Source: Octopus sinensis
Taxonomy: Eukaryota
Assembly (NCBI RefSeq): GCF_006345805.1
Contig: NC_042999.1
Coordinates: 170,190,001-170,254,000 of the forward strand
Length of the DNA stretch: 64,000 bases
Direction: 5' to 3'
The position numbers and the translations under genes were made by a program. The notes beneath the pieces are model-generated. The model did no database searches and was not told the origin of the DNA. It saw only the letters and a list, made by a program, of their open reading frames with translations. This document shows, piece by piece, positions 39,990-53,197 of the stretch. Every line of letters begins with the position of its first letter. Position 1 is the first letter of the stretch.

Positions 39990-41400
39990 CTATCAAGCAG
40001 GAAACATTCAGAGAGTGTTTACTTGTACCTCAAGTGAACTAGTAAACAACTTATATTCATTTGCAGGCAACAGAATTCAGCAAAATGAGGTACAATTTCT
40101 TTTCTTAATTCTAAGGCCATTTTGCCAAAAATGTTTGGATCCTGTGCTTTTAGTTTCTGAAAAGTAGGAAAATGTGTACAATTACCCTTTTGAAGATGGC
40201 ATTCCTATAACTGCAGCTTGTGTGTTAGCTGATGTCTTCCTTGAAGTTATAAATTTGAGTTACTCATATTAGATGCAATGTTCACAAGAAATGTCAAGAT
40301 TGCAAATTGCAAGTCTGTCAGGAACATCATTGTTTAGCATCCGCTTTCCATGCTAGCATGGGTTGGACGGTTCAACTGGGGTCTGGGAAGCCAGAAGGCT
40401 GCACCAGGCCCAGTTTGATCTGGCAATGTTTCTATGGCTGGATGCCCTTCCTAACACCAACCACTCCATGAGTGTAGTGGGTGCTTTTTACGTGCCATTC
40501 GAGTCTGGCAAACGGCCACGATCGGATGGTGCTTTTTATGTGCCACCGGCACGGGGGCCAGGCGAGGCTGGCAACATGGAAATATGAAACACTCACACAG
40601 TTACTTTGGAGAATATTTTCAGTTCTCCATGCAATGCAAATGCTCTTTCCAGTGTTGACTTTTGGCTAAGCCAGCATACATAGCAGAAACAAAACAAGGT
40701 TCCCACATATTCTGCTGCCAATTCGAACAAACACTGGCAATGTCTTCACAACAATGTCCATAACATTCTTCAATTTCAAAGACCTGGCACAAAATGACTC
40801 AATAGATAAAAACAATGAATTTTAACCAGTTTCTGTGTGAATTTCAAAGCTTTACATCTAACCTTGAAGCAATGCATAGATGTTACTTTTTCCTCTCCCC
40901 CACCCTTGCTGGTGCCTCATCAGTAATGATGTCAATTAGCTTTGACATACTACCAAGTCTCATTTCTGTCACATCATTTTCAACAACAAACCTTCAAAAA
41001 ATGTCTGCTCCAGTAATCATATCCTTCAGAGAAATTATTTGAATAAACTCTTCAAATATTATAAAATATAAAGCTACTCTCTGTACAAACACTCTAAGTT
41101 AAGCAGTGTTTGCCTGGTCAGTGTTCTCATTAAGTGCAAATGAAAAAAAAATTGTAATCCATTACAAGAATCCCTTCAACAAATCTTGGCATCTAACATT
41201 TCTGAAACTCATCATGTGATAGTTGTTCTTGCAGAGTGATAGATGGAAATACAGAATTCATTTTAGGACAAACAATATCCACCATTGACAGTAATTTCAC
41301 TTCTTTTCCTGGCCCAAAATTAGCCTCCATTCACAAAACCTTATTTTCCCTTGTTTTAATTACAACTGTGGTGGGTGTGTAATGTTGCCTAAAATTTGCC
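39990..41400 (-). mobile_element. fossil hAT (GTF2IRD2/EPM2AIP1/ZBED5-like) transposase, split by a SINE at about 40,325-40,580
   Basis: Fragments VDIVCPKMNSVFPSITL, FALNENTDQANTA*LRVFVQRV, IITDEAPAR, KIHCF...SLKLKNVMDIVVK, WLSQKSTLERAFALHGELKIF, LTDLQFA. Confidence 0.8.
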
Positions 41401-42593
41401 ACCTTCATGCAAATGAGACAAGCTCATTTCCCAATGGGCCTGATGAAGGTGTGTTCTAGTATCCAAGTATTTTGCAAGTTTCATCTCTCAGCACCTATCT
41501 TCTAGTATTTTACACCCATTGCATGGGATTTTTTTCTGTTTTGATTTCAAAACTCAAGTTATCCCACAAGTATCATAACACATCTCCTGATATCCTGTTA
41601 TTATAAGAGATGTCAGGAAGTCACATGACATATCTACCCATGTGTGAAATGTCCCTTTAGTAAAAATGTTTAACCAACAATTCTGAGAGCATCACTACAC
41701 AAGTGGACACAGAAAAAGTGTTGATTAGTCCTAAACATTCCTTGCAAACCATTTGCATATCCAAGTAAGTCAACAAAGTACATACTTTACAAGAATTAAT
41801 CCTATTTTCTTCAAGCAGATACCTGCTGTGAATTTCTTGTTAAAACATAGGCTTCTTCATGTCTATAAACTTGAACAATCCCACCTCAAAATGAACAGAG
41901 AGTATCTAATACATATTAACAAGGTGACCCTACTTCCCAGGATTCAGATACATTAGTGTTTGGTTTGGAATTCAACTAAACCTCAAACCAGTCTAATGAA
42001 ACACATTCATGATCTATCCCTATGGTCAGGTGAAAGACAGAGAATCAGGTGAAAATATAATTTTTAGGTTGGATATGCATAGTTTTGCAATATTTACTTG
42101 TAGGCCAAAGATTGCTCACTCTTGATGTAGAAGCTCATGCTGAGGTACTCATGTCTTGTTATTAGATAATACTGATTGGATATAAATAGCAAATCTAAAT
42201 AAAGTTATTAAACATCAAATCATTTATTTCAGCTTTATGTGGGTATCCATTTATTCATATCTATATTTCAATGTAGCCCAATAGAAATTTCATTTCAAAT
42301 ATATTTACTGGTTTGGCTTTGGTTAATTTCTCTGAAATAAATCACTGCTAAGATGGTACAAGACCCATTATGCTTTTCTATTTGGTTAATTGCTGTTTAG
42401 TTTTGGGTCAGTCCTGATTTAGCAGACATTTAATGAAAGGTATTCCAACCAAGACAGCAAACGCAGACTACAGAGTGAAGTACTGTCCACACTAACATTG
42501 ATAACATTAATATTTATACTATAAACATAATCCCATGAAATGGACTAAACTATTACTAAGGATACTTTTCTAAGTCTGTGGTTTCACACTCAC

Positions 42594-42986
42594 TATTAAA
42601 AATTCCTGAATGTTTTTGTGGTTGGATCAAACAATGCTACAAGACTTCCTGTTCATATTCTTAATCAACTCTTCAATAAGGTAAACTAGTAGATCTAAAA
42701 CTTTCGTACTATGTTTTTATCTTTGCTAGTCAACAACTTATTCTATACATTTTTAATATATGATTAACACAATCTCATCAATGCTTTGTTAGAAGCAGGA
42801 GTTGAAAATCTTTCAGATACATGTAGTAAATCTGAAAGTTTATTCCATATCAACATCACATTTTAAACAATGAATCGCAAAACACACTTCAAAATCTTGA
42901 TCTACAACAAAGGTACCTAGTCCAAATTTTTTTCCTAATCACATAGCACACAATACCACTAGTATTTTGCTGACATTGATTAGTGA
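42594..42986 (-). pseudogene. MEI1-like N-terminal exon relic
   Basis: Acceptor tttgcag at 42987-42988, donor GTGAGT at 42593. RLC*SYIKNV*NKLLTSKDKNIVR/KVLDLLVYLIEEL aligns gaplessly (37 aa) with human [37 protein letters not shown]. Contains 3+ stops and a 1-nt frameshift near 42700. Confidence 0.7.
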
Positions 42987-45900
42987 CTGCAAACAAGAAT
43001 CTTTAATTTAAAACAGATGAAATCTAATCATGATGCTATTTAGCCAATTCCATTATGTTGCTTCTAGGAGAGAACCAGTGCAAGCTATTGTTCAAGTAGA
43101 AGTCTTTGTTGGTCAGTTATCAGCAGTTAGAGCAGGATACAGGAGTTCTTCCATGGAATTAACAAAATTTGCATTGTCTTGAAGTCAAATGTTATGAAAT
43201 TTTAAGATTACCAGTAGAAAATCCAGGAGGTTTTCATTGATTGAATAAGTGTGTGCCATGGGAGAGAATAGAATATTTAAAACAGAATGAAATGATGTAG
43301 AGAAGAAGCTGTGTCCTTAACATAAATTGTATACAGTTAGTAATCAACATATTGTTGACATAGAGGAGGGGGGGAAGTCAGATATTAACTGGCAAAGGAA
43401 GAAGTATATCAGAAGTTTATTAATGGGGGCCGAAAACAAGTTTTATTTTTTAAGTTGTAATTGTTTAGTTCCAGATGAATCATGATTAAGTAGACTTATG
43501 ATAAAAGGCACTCCAACCATGACCATTTTGCAATCTGCAGGACTTCTTGAATTACACACCCAATGAAAATATTACCTTCAATTTTTTTTAATGCAGTTCA
43601 GCTGACGATGAACTGTGTCTCATGTGATCTGCTTCTCAAAAAAGGTTGCTTGTGCCTGCAGTAGGGCATAATGTGAGGGAGATTTGGCAGCTGTTTCTAG
43701 TAAATACCACATAGTGGTTACCACTTTAGCATCTAAATTATAAATAGTAACATGGTTACAATTTAGGGAACATAAACTGCATGTCAAACTGAAATGGTTT
43801 TATATATTCTGAGCCTTTACTCAAGATAACAACGAAAATATAACTGTAAAGTCTAAGCAGGTTATTATCATAAAATCTTTAAAAAATTATCAACATTCTC
43901 CAGGCCCTCTGTCATGTGAAACTATGGGTCTACTCTTTGACAGTCCCTCACTAAGAAAAAAGGTGTGGGCAATGTTTTTCTGGAAGACCAACAGTTGCTC
44001 AATGCATTCAATTATCTTCTCCCACATATCACTGATGTTGCTAAAGGAAAGGGCAAGGGCCAGCACAATTTGACACCAATGTCTGAACAGTTATAAGAAC
44101 TATACCCATAGCCACTTGGTAAACATGCACTATGCTTTCACTAATTGTTTTAGATGCCTATGTATTTTCAACTAGACATATAGAGCAGTGCTCCAGCATG
44201 GCTACAGCCTTAGGGTTGAAACCTATAAAATAATATACAACTGCTACTACAGAGCATAAAGGATGTGACAGTTGGAATGAAAGAGAGCTAACTACACCAG
44301 CAATGGTCTGCTATTCATTTTCAGCTAAATGATGTCTTGCCCAATATGTGCCTTCCGTGTCCAGGAAACAAACCCACAAACTTATGATACTGAATCTAAC
44401 ACCATAACCACAAAAAGAAATGCAATAAAAGATAAGTTACTAAGTAATTAAACTAATAATTAAAAACTGTTTTTATAAAATATTCTTCGAATTGTTTATT
44501 GGAATTATACTTCATCCAATATAAGGGTGGTTAAGAAATTCACTTGGCAACATTGTTTCAAGTACAATACTGTTTTACACTATTTTGAGTAGTTTAAATT
44601 ACCATTGCTTCGGGAGTAGAATTTGAAAGACGTAAACTGTGAAGAAGAGGGCCCGAGAGGCAGTTCCTTGTTCTTGGATAATACACTTATTCCATCGTCT
44701 CAGTGTAGCAAATCCAGTGACCGTTGGGGTGCCTTCAACAGAGTCCACTCAGTCGCAAGCATTTGACTAAGCTATTAAAACATACACCTCGCGCGCGTGC
44801 ATTTACACGCACACAACTATGACGCATTAAGATTGTGTTTAAAAGGCAATAGGAATCAACGGTGTATAATATGAAGAAAAAAAATTAAATATGTATTACA
44901 AAGTAGGAATTGTATTATAAAAATGTCAAGAATTAAAATGAAACGCACGAAGCTATAGAAATGGCTGCATGGTGAAGAAATTCGTTTCGCAGCCACGTGA
45001 TTCTATGTTCATTTTCAGTGCGCAGCAAATTGGGCAAGTGTCCTCGTCTCGTCCTTATTTTGACCAAACGTCTTGGAGGATTCAGGTTGGCGGGAAGTGG
45101 CCAGAAGCCCGTCATGTGCGTGTGTGTGTACACATACATACACACACTCATACATACCATATGTGTGTCCGTGTTCGGCGCAACTCCGCCGATTAAATAC
45201 GCCAGGTTAAAAACGGTAACGCAGCCAAACGGTAAAATGTACTGAGACAAAATAAGTGCCATGTAGAAATATGTAGTAGAGGGGCTGAGATGAGATTAGA
45301 AAGCTCCGCAGGCGCTTTAGTCCAGTGGCCGAAACTCATAAAACATTAAATGGATGGCATTAGCATTTTCTCCATAATCTGGCCAACATTTAGCAATAAA
45401 GAATTAATCTTGAAATGACATTACGTAACAAACTGTCTACATACACATTGTGCCAACGAAGAAGCCTCTAAGTGGTCGCTCGAACTGCTAGAAACAGCTG
45501 CCAAATTTACCTTAAATTACACACGGTCGTCTTAAATAATGACAAGACCCACAGGACAATGTAATCCTCGTCAGAAACTGGAGTTGTTGTTTCACTGCAA
45601 GTCTACTCCATCAGGATTAACCGGGGTCTAAACAGCAAAGTCTATTAGGCATCAATGCTACTTCGGTTGGTCGTGAAATAACAAGAAATGGGAACCTAAT
45701 TTCGTTTCTTATTTTTACTTCGTTTGTTCGTATTATAAAGACAACAGACATACATACAAATATTTATACCATACAACTCCCAAGTTGGCGAAGAAACGTG
45801 ATCATCCGCCTTGCTAGAAATAGCAACCAAATCACACACCGTTTTTGAAATATGAAAAAGAAGATAGCATGATATGATAAAGTAATTTAAGATTCCTCTT

Positions 45901-46211
45901 AAAATTAAAGGTGGGGAGGTTGTCGTGGCTGACTGGCAAGCTGGAATGGCCTTTTTATTATTATCATCACGTTTATTATTATTTAAAATAATAACAACAA
46001 TAATACTAAAATAATATTGCCAATTATCGCAGTTGTTATTCGTGTACAAATAAATATATAATTCGATCGTTATTTTGAAAATTAAGGATGAAATATACAA
46101 GAAACGTGTCGAGTAAAATAAAATCTAGTTAAAAAAAAAAGATAAATGCAAATGTACAGATGGGAAGATGCAACTTAATTTGCATCGGTGTATATTTACA
46201 CACTGATGCAA

Positions 46212-46269
<58 letters not shown>

Positions 46270-46291
46270 ATATATATATAATATATATATA

Positions 46292-46338
<47 letters not shown>

Positions 46339-49300
46339 ATATATATATATATATATATACACACTGATGCAAATAACAATAAAAATAGAATTGAATCGGT
46401 ACTTATTAGATTTCAACTGATAATTTTAACTATAGCAAGAGATGGAGCGGAGGGGGGCGGGGCGACAAGGCGTAATGGTGGTGGTGGTGAGGGCGGCGGC
46501 GGCGGCTTGTGCGTGTGTCACGAGTTATTATGGTTTCTTGGTCTCTCGATATGTAATTCCGAATTTAAATGGAAAATAAATAAAACAAAAAGTAGATAAA
46601 TAAATAAAAGACTAGCGTCGGCGTATGCTATCTGCATATACCTTTAAATATCTACAAAATATGAGTATATACATATATTAAACACATGTGTGTAAATATA
46701 TATACAGATATGTGTGCGCATACATATATATATATATAATATATATATATAGGCGCGCGAGCACTCCAAATGACCGTTTTTAAATTAAGAGCTGTGGGGA
46801 GTGGAAAGAAATACCATTTCTCAGAACTACAAGCTTTCTTTTTGTACCTTTTGTTTAACCCAAGGTTGACGCAGCACGAATCGAGTGAGCAGACATGATC
46901 AATGGTAGTGACTATCCATCCATCATCTTTTTCTCAAACGTTCTACATCTACATCATTCACTGCTTCCTCTTTTAATAACGGTAGGATTTGCGATTTGAG
47001 TAAGATTTGGCTACTATTTCTAGCTTGTATATGTTCTTTTTTTCCATACCTTGAATATAAAACGTGAGTGAGTGAAGGCAAATGGGAAAGAGTAGTTAAA
47101 CTAGCACGGAACTCAGCCCATGCTTGCTTAATAAATTTATCGAAATTCTAGCATTTGGCCCATTTGAGTTATTTCCCTTGGTCGTTTTTCTTCTCAACTT
47201 TAAAATATAAATAGAATGAATCAAGGAAACCTCGACGTGGTTGCTCGACCTGGGAGAAATAGTTGCCAGATTTGCCTCAAATCACGTCCTACCAAATTCA
47301 AAAAGGGGGCGGGCACATTAGATAATGTAGTCCTAAATATTCCTTAAAATAGGAGTTGGTCACGGCTGGAACGCCTTTGATGATAGGTCTGTTCCACTAT
47401 GGTTGAGTCGGATTTGACAAAAAACAAACAAAAACAATGATAACAACATACAAACAAAATGATCACGTAGGCCATTTACCATTAACACACCACACGCAGA
47501 CATATTCTTGTGTTGTATCAGGCGATATAGTCAAGGAAAATATATTCTGCACGTGCATGTGTATATAATAAAATAATACACACGTGTGATGGTAAATGCA
47601 AGACATACAAAATAAAAGCAGAAAAACAGAAAAGATTTTCCAGAGAGACTGACAGAAAAAAAAAGTGGGGAAAAACTAGTTAAAAAAATTTAGGAAATTA
47701 CTGGAAAATATCCGAAAAAGGAAAAGTGCAGCGACCAATATCGATAAATTTTCACTTTCTTCGTTTTATTTTTCAAGCAACATGAGAAACTGAAATGAAA
47801 AATTAATTTTAAAAAAGTCAATGTACGACTAATTAAATATACAATAATTTGAATAAAGGAGATAACGGGTACTGGGTATATAATTTGCATTTTCTGAGGG
47901 ATCCATAAACGATGAATGGGAAAAGATAGTAAAATGAGAGAGTATACAAAGTATGTGAACCACATGAATATGTCGTCCTCCTGATACAGCAGAACCTTCT
48001 TCTGGAGCCAATCAAAGAACCCTACCTTGACCACCAAAGGCACGAGCCCTCGCCCATATGTTGTTCTCCAATTTACATGCGCATGCTTAATGATAACAAT
48101 AATCATCCTTTCTACTATAGGCACAAGACCTGAAATGGTACTGGTACTTATTTTATCGGCCCCGAAAGGATGAAAGGCAAAGTCGACCTCGGCGGAATTT
48201 GAACTCGGAACGTAACGGCAGACGAAATACTGCTAAGCATTTCGCCCGGCGTGCTACCGATTCTGCCAGCTTGCCACCTTCTTCTTCTTCTTAAAAATAA
48301 TAATAATTTCTACTATAGGCTCAGGTCCTGAATCTTAGTGGGAGAAACCAGTCGGTTACACCGATCCCAGTACTCAACTGGTGCTTATTTTATCGACTCC
48401 AAAGGGATGGGAAGTAGAATTGACCGGCGGAATTCGAACTCAGATAATCCAATTAAAAGACGTTGTTATTGTCAGGACAGCTCTGGCCGAGCTGTGATCA
48501 AAAAAGCGTTTTTAAAAGCCATCATCCTGTCTTTAAAAAATAACGACCTTATTTTTTAAAGACCGTAGGGTGTGATATGAAGAAATACTAGCATATCTCA
48601 CTCTAGTAAAGAAAAATCTAGGATATTATTTGATGTGATGTGAGGGCGATTTAGCTGTTATTTCAGACAGGTTGACGAACAACAGAAGTTCATGTAAATT
48701 GATAGTAATGGTATATTTAGGACTACATTATCCAATGTTCTGTTTTCTTTTTCAAGACGGTAACGTATGATATAAGGAAAACTTTTGTTATTTCTAGCAG
48801 GTTAAACGCTCCCTAGGACGGGATGGGTTGGACTGAAAACTTTAAAGTTTAAAAGACAGAACGAATTAAGTAATTCGTGGTGTTTAGCCTTACATCATCC
48901 CCTTACTGTGTAAAACTATGCCCAAAGCCATTCCAAGTAAGACCATCCCTAATCATAAACCTGGAACTGTATCTTCATTTGTTTTTAGACAGCAAGAGAT
49001 TTAGCTATTATTTCTAGCAGGTTGAGCGACCAATTAGGCACTTCTTTGGTATATTACTGGTTTGCGTTTTCAGTAAATAAGTTCTAAGATGACTGACAGT
49101 TGTTGATGCAATGTTTTGTTTACACTCCACCCAACCACACTTTTCCAGGCCAAACCTGATCGAACAAATAGAACCAAGATCGAAAGCGTTCCAGCTTTGA
49201 CCGCCCAGACTTTTCTGTAAATCAGAGAGGGATTACATCATCCAAATGTATTTTTATTTAAAACAGTGGCTATGAGTTGAGGAAAATTTGTGTACTGTTA

Positions 49301-49349
49301 TTTCTAGCGAATCGAGCAACTACGTAGAAAGCTACTTCATTTAGCTCAC

Positions 49350-49456
49350 AATGAACTATTGTAGTTTATTAATGAGATATTAAGAAGAAGAAGAAGAAGA
49401 AGAAGCAAGAACAGCCTCCATGCCAGTGGCGGCGGCGGCGGCGGGCAGCACACCAT
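49350..49456 (-). CDS. candidate first coding exon encoding a signal peptide or signal anchor
   Basis: Kozak-type acgATGG; MVCCPPPPPPLAWRLFLLLLLLLLLNISLINYNSS, then donor GTGAGC (phase 2); lies in the CpG-rich domain. The Pro and Leu runs come from (CCG)n and (CTT)n repeats, so chance is possible. Confidence 0.4.
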
Positions 49457-49682
49457 CGTTCGCTTGGATGCTGACGTTGTAAATAGGATCCACTATCTCT
49501 GCTCAATGACTGCAAGATCTTGAAATAGGTACGGACATATCAACTGCATCAAGAGTCAACCGACAAAAGTAATAGAACTGGTGTTGTTATTATGGCAGGG
49601 TGGTGGTAGAAATAGGCCTAAAATAGAAATAGCAACATAAACGATGCTTCAAGAGAGAAGCAGCAAAACATCAACACCACAC

Positions 49683-49782
49683 NNNNNNNNNNNNNNNNNN
49701 NNNNNNNNNNNNNNNNNNNNNNNNNNNNNNNNNNNNNNNNNNNNNNNNNNNNNNNNNNNNNNNNNNNNNNNNNNNNNNNNNN
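49683..49782. other. assembly gap (100 N)
   Basis: Run of exactly 100 N; true size and contiguity unknown. Confidence 1.
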
Positions 49783-52700
49783 AACTAACGATTCTGAATT
49801 CCTCATGCATTTTTTTCTATCATTTAAGTCTAAGAAAAGTATACTTTTAATTTAAAATTTAAAAAAAAACTGAGGTCGCAGATATTTTGATGTAACTTTT
49901 TCCTACTGAACTAAATCTCAAACTGTTTATGCCGAAGTGTACTTGAGGAAGTGTCCTCTTTAAAACTATTAACAGTTTGCAATTTAGTTGAGAACTGAAT
50001 TAGTAGTGAAGTTTGGAAGCTGCTGCGATTGACGAAATGTTGGACTTAAGAATATATTCAAGCACTACCGCGGTTGAATGATACATACTCGTAAATGCTA
50101 AGGAGTATTTCGACCTACTAAACATAGCAGCTGCATACCCTTCAAATAACACTTTATTGTTTTAAAAAAATATGGGATGGTCTTTGTTTAAATGGGTTGA
50201 AACAACAAACATACGAACGTAGACACTTGTGTACGTATATGCGCGCGTATATATGTAAGTCTATTTGCCTGTTATTACGTTGTACTTGACTGCTAGTTGT
50301 ATGTTTGGCCCCAGGTCAAAACCAAATCGAACAGACCTGTAACCAAACTCGTTCTAGTCGTGATCAACCCGTCTTATATATATCAGAGGCTCCATTGACC
50401 TATGTATCCCATTTTTTCTTCTATTTAAGATGGATGTCATTTGACCAAGATTTGGTTGTAGTTTCTAAGATTATTATTATTTAGGCGAAGTTTCGCATGT
50501 CGTAGCACAGATTTCCGTCGAAGTGCTACTACAACCGAAACTATGCCATTATTTATATGGTGCTGCATCAGGTGGACTACATCGTCCATGTATTCACATA
50601 CTTTGTGTACTATGTATACTTTTATCCCACAATCTTTCCCTTTCTCTTCATCTTCCCCACACACATATTGTAGACTTTCCTGGTAATGCCCCCCCCCCAT
50701 CTATGCGCCTGTGATAAATAAAAGAAATCGTTATTAGAATTAAGACACTACTTTTATTAACAATATATAATAAAAGGAAATGAAGATAGACAGAAAAAAT
50801 ACAAAAATTATATACGAGAAAGAGAGAGCGGGAAGGGAAATTGTTTTGAGTCAGTGAAGAGTTGTAATCGTAAGTCGTAGTAGCAATGTCCATTGACGAG
50901 ACAGTCAGCCACCCGTAAGAAATTTATATATATACAGTAGTGATGTGGAATATATTAGAAGTATATAGTAGAGAAGTGGAAATATACTAGAATCATAAAC
51001 ACAACACGAGCTTTCGACAACTAGGTCTAGCCTCATACGTGGTCGTTTGTCCTGCTAAAAGCACCAGTCTTATTAATAAAGACAGACAGACGGGATAATG
51101 TAGATCTAAACGTAAAATGTCTGACAAAAAAGAGCAAAGAAAACACGGAATGGTCACCTTGGAATGGTTTCGATAATAGATCTGCTCGCTTTTGGGGTTG
51201 AGTTGGGACAATCCCTTTCAAACACCCAAGTCCCGTCCCACACACACACACACCCCAAAAAACAAGAAAAAGACGAAGGGCACGTTTGCAATTCTAGTCA
51301 CTATGAATGTATGCACGTTTTTAAAAATATACTGGAATAAATCTAACACGGAATAAGTACAAGTAGAAGGCCTTTCATTACAGGGTCGATCTGGAGTTGA
51401 AGACCAACACTAGGTTTGAATATTGGCTCCATGCTGGTGGTGGTGTAGGAGACATTGTTGCGGTGGGTACTGGGTTCGAACGAGTTGTGTGGAAGCAGGT
51501 CAGCCCAGTTCGTTTAGACAGAAGACAAAAGACATTCTAGCTGCGATCTTCCCGTCTTTTGCACGTCCAATGTATCTAGGATTGCATTGTCTAATGCGGT
51601 TCTTCCATTTTTCTTCGTTAAAATGTTAGGAATGCGAGAGAATATAAGATAAATTTAGTTCTTATTTCTAGCATATCGAGAAACCTCATCAGAGGTTTCC
51701 TCGTCTAACGTGTTGTAGGTCACGTAAAGGAGTTTAGTCTCCGGTTATCAAGTATTGAGGGAGGGGGGAGTCACAAAAGTTTAAGGAACAGGCGGAGTAA
51801 ACAACATTGAAGCTCCCCCCCCCTAACAGACACACACACAAAGTTGCTTGGCTTAGTCTCTTCCTCTCACCTCCACTCTGCTGCCACTCGCTCTTTCTCC
51901 CTCTTTCTTTCTTTCTCACACAGACAACAGTTTTAAAGCAGGTTATTTATATGGCTTTAAGAAAACAAATAGTTTCTCAAGTAATCAGTCTGTATCTGTG
52001 TTTATGCATACGCACACACATATATACAAGCATAGCATACTATATATATATTATATATATATAATATATATATATATATATTATATATATATATATATAA
52101 TATATATACATATATATATATGTATATGTATATATTATAGATAGATACATAGAGAGAGAGAGAGAGATAAGCAGCCCTAAGACGGTGCCCCAGCTTGGTC
52201 ACAGCCTTAGTGCTGAAACGTATAAAAGGATAAAGCGTACGAAATATTATAAGTAGCCGTAAGAACTTGCTTCCCAACCACATGATTCCGGGTTCAGTCC
52301 CACTGCGTGGCACCTTGGGCAAGTGTCTTCTACTATAGCGTCGGGCCCTGTGAGTGGATTTGGTAGACGGAAACTGGAAGAAGCCCATCGTATATATATA
52401 TATGAATGTATGTATGTATGTGTGTGTCTGTATGTGTCCCCCCGCCATCGCTAGGCAACCGATGCTGGTGTGTTTATGCCCCCGTAACTTAGCGAAAGAG
52501 ACCGATAGAATAAGTACTATGCTTACAAAAAATGTCCTGGGGTTGATTTCTTCGACTAACACCCTCTAAGGTGGTGCTCCAGCATGGCCACAGTCAACTG
52601 ACTGAAAGAAGTAAGAGTAAAAGAATAGCACCACCTTTAGTCGAACAAATCGACTCCGTGACTTATTCTTTGTAAGCCTAGTACTTATTTTAACGTTCTC

Positions 52701-53116
52701 ATATATATATATATGACAGGCTTCTTTCAGTTTCCGTTTACCAAAACCACTCACAAGGCTTTGGTCGGCCCGAGGCTATAGAAGACGCTTGCCCATGGTG
52801 CCACGCAGTGGGACTGAACCCAGAACCATGTGGTTGGAAAGCAAACTTCTTATCACACAGCCACGCATATAGGCAAGGCCGCAGTCTAATAACTGAAACA
52901 AGATATACACATGTACACATATGCCAGCATTGAAAGGCACTGTGTGTGTGTGTATACACACACAAATGTATATACGAGTACGTATATTACATAAATATCA
53001 ATGGTGCTTAATAACTGTTGAAGAATTAGGGGACCGCCTTTGTCTCCCGTCCACTTACACACTTAGTATGCGTTATGTCGCCTGTTTATTTGCCATGCAT
53101 TTTAAAATTTAAAATT

Positions 53117-53189
<73 letters not shown>

Positions 53190-53197
53190 GATATATA

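Larger units (their letters stand above)
14..42986 (-). pseudogene. MEI1: MEI1-like (meiosis inhibitor 1, meiotic DSB factor) intron-containing pseudogene, about 14 decayed exon segments
   Basis: Minus-strand segments, most with AG/GT boundaries, translate in the N-to-C order of human MEI1 (recalled from memory, not computed). Several blocks are gapless or nearly so, e.g. EMITDSAEITVNILGCEYQKLLIQLHAK vs [42 protein letters not shown] vs [25 protein letters not shown] vs [25 protein letters not shown] vs [15 protein letters not shown]. In-frame stops at 671-673, 719-721, 3001-3003, 7397-7399, 12062-12064, 12089-12091, 14296-14298, 17753-17755, 42627-42629, 42743-42745, 42764-42766, plus frameshifts. 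Confidence 0.78.

Noticed and set aside
14-42986. A-to-I editing rescuing the MEI1 stops (UAG/UGA/UAA to Trp) so that the gene is functional
   Set aside because: Stops align to Gln/Leu/Arg/Ile/Phe rather than Trp, and frameshifts (e.g. near 42,700 and within 17,600-17,750) cannot be repaired by editing.
14-42986. MEI1 segments as a processed retrocopy or as assembly errors
   Set aside because: Segments are separated by kb-scale GT-AG introns, and most lesions are substitution stops rather than homopolymer indels. Raw reads are still needed for certainty.
44600-44770. Exon-like segment (acceptor ttttaatag, donor GTAATT) as MEI1 exon 1
   Set aside because: Only faint similarity (RHPNGHWI / CLSGPLL), stops in all useful frames and no usable ATG; may be a UTR exon but is unsupported.
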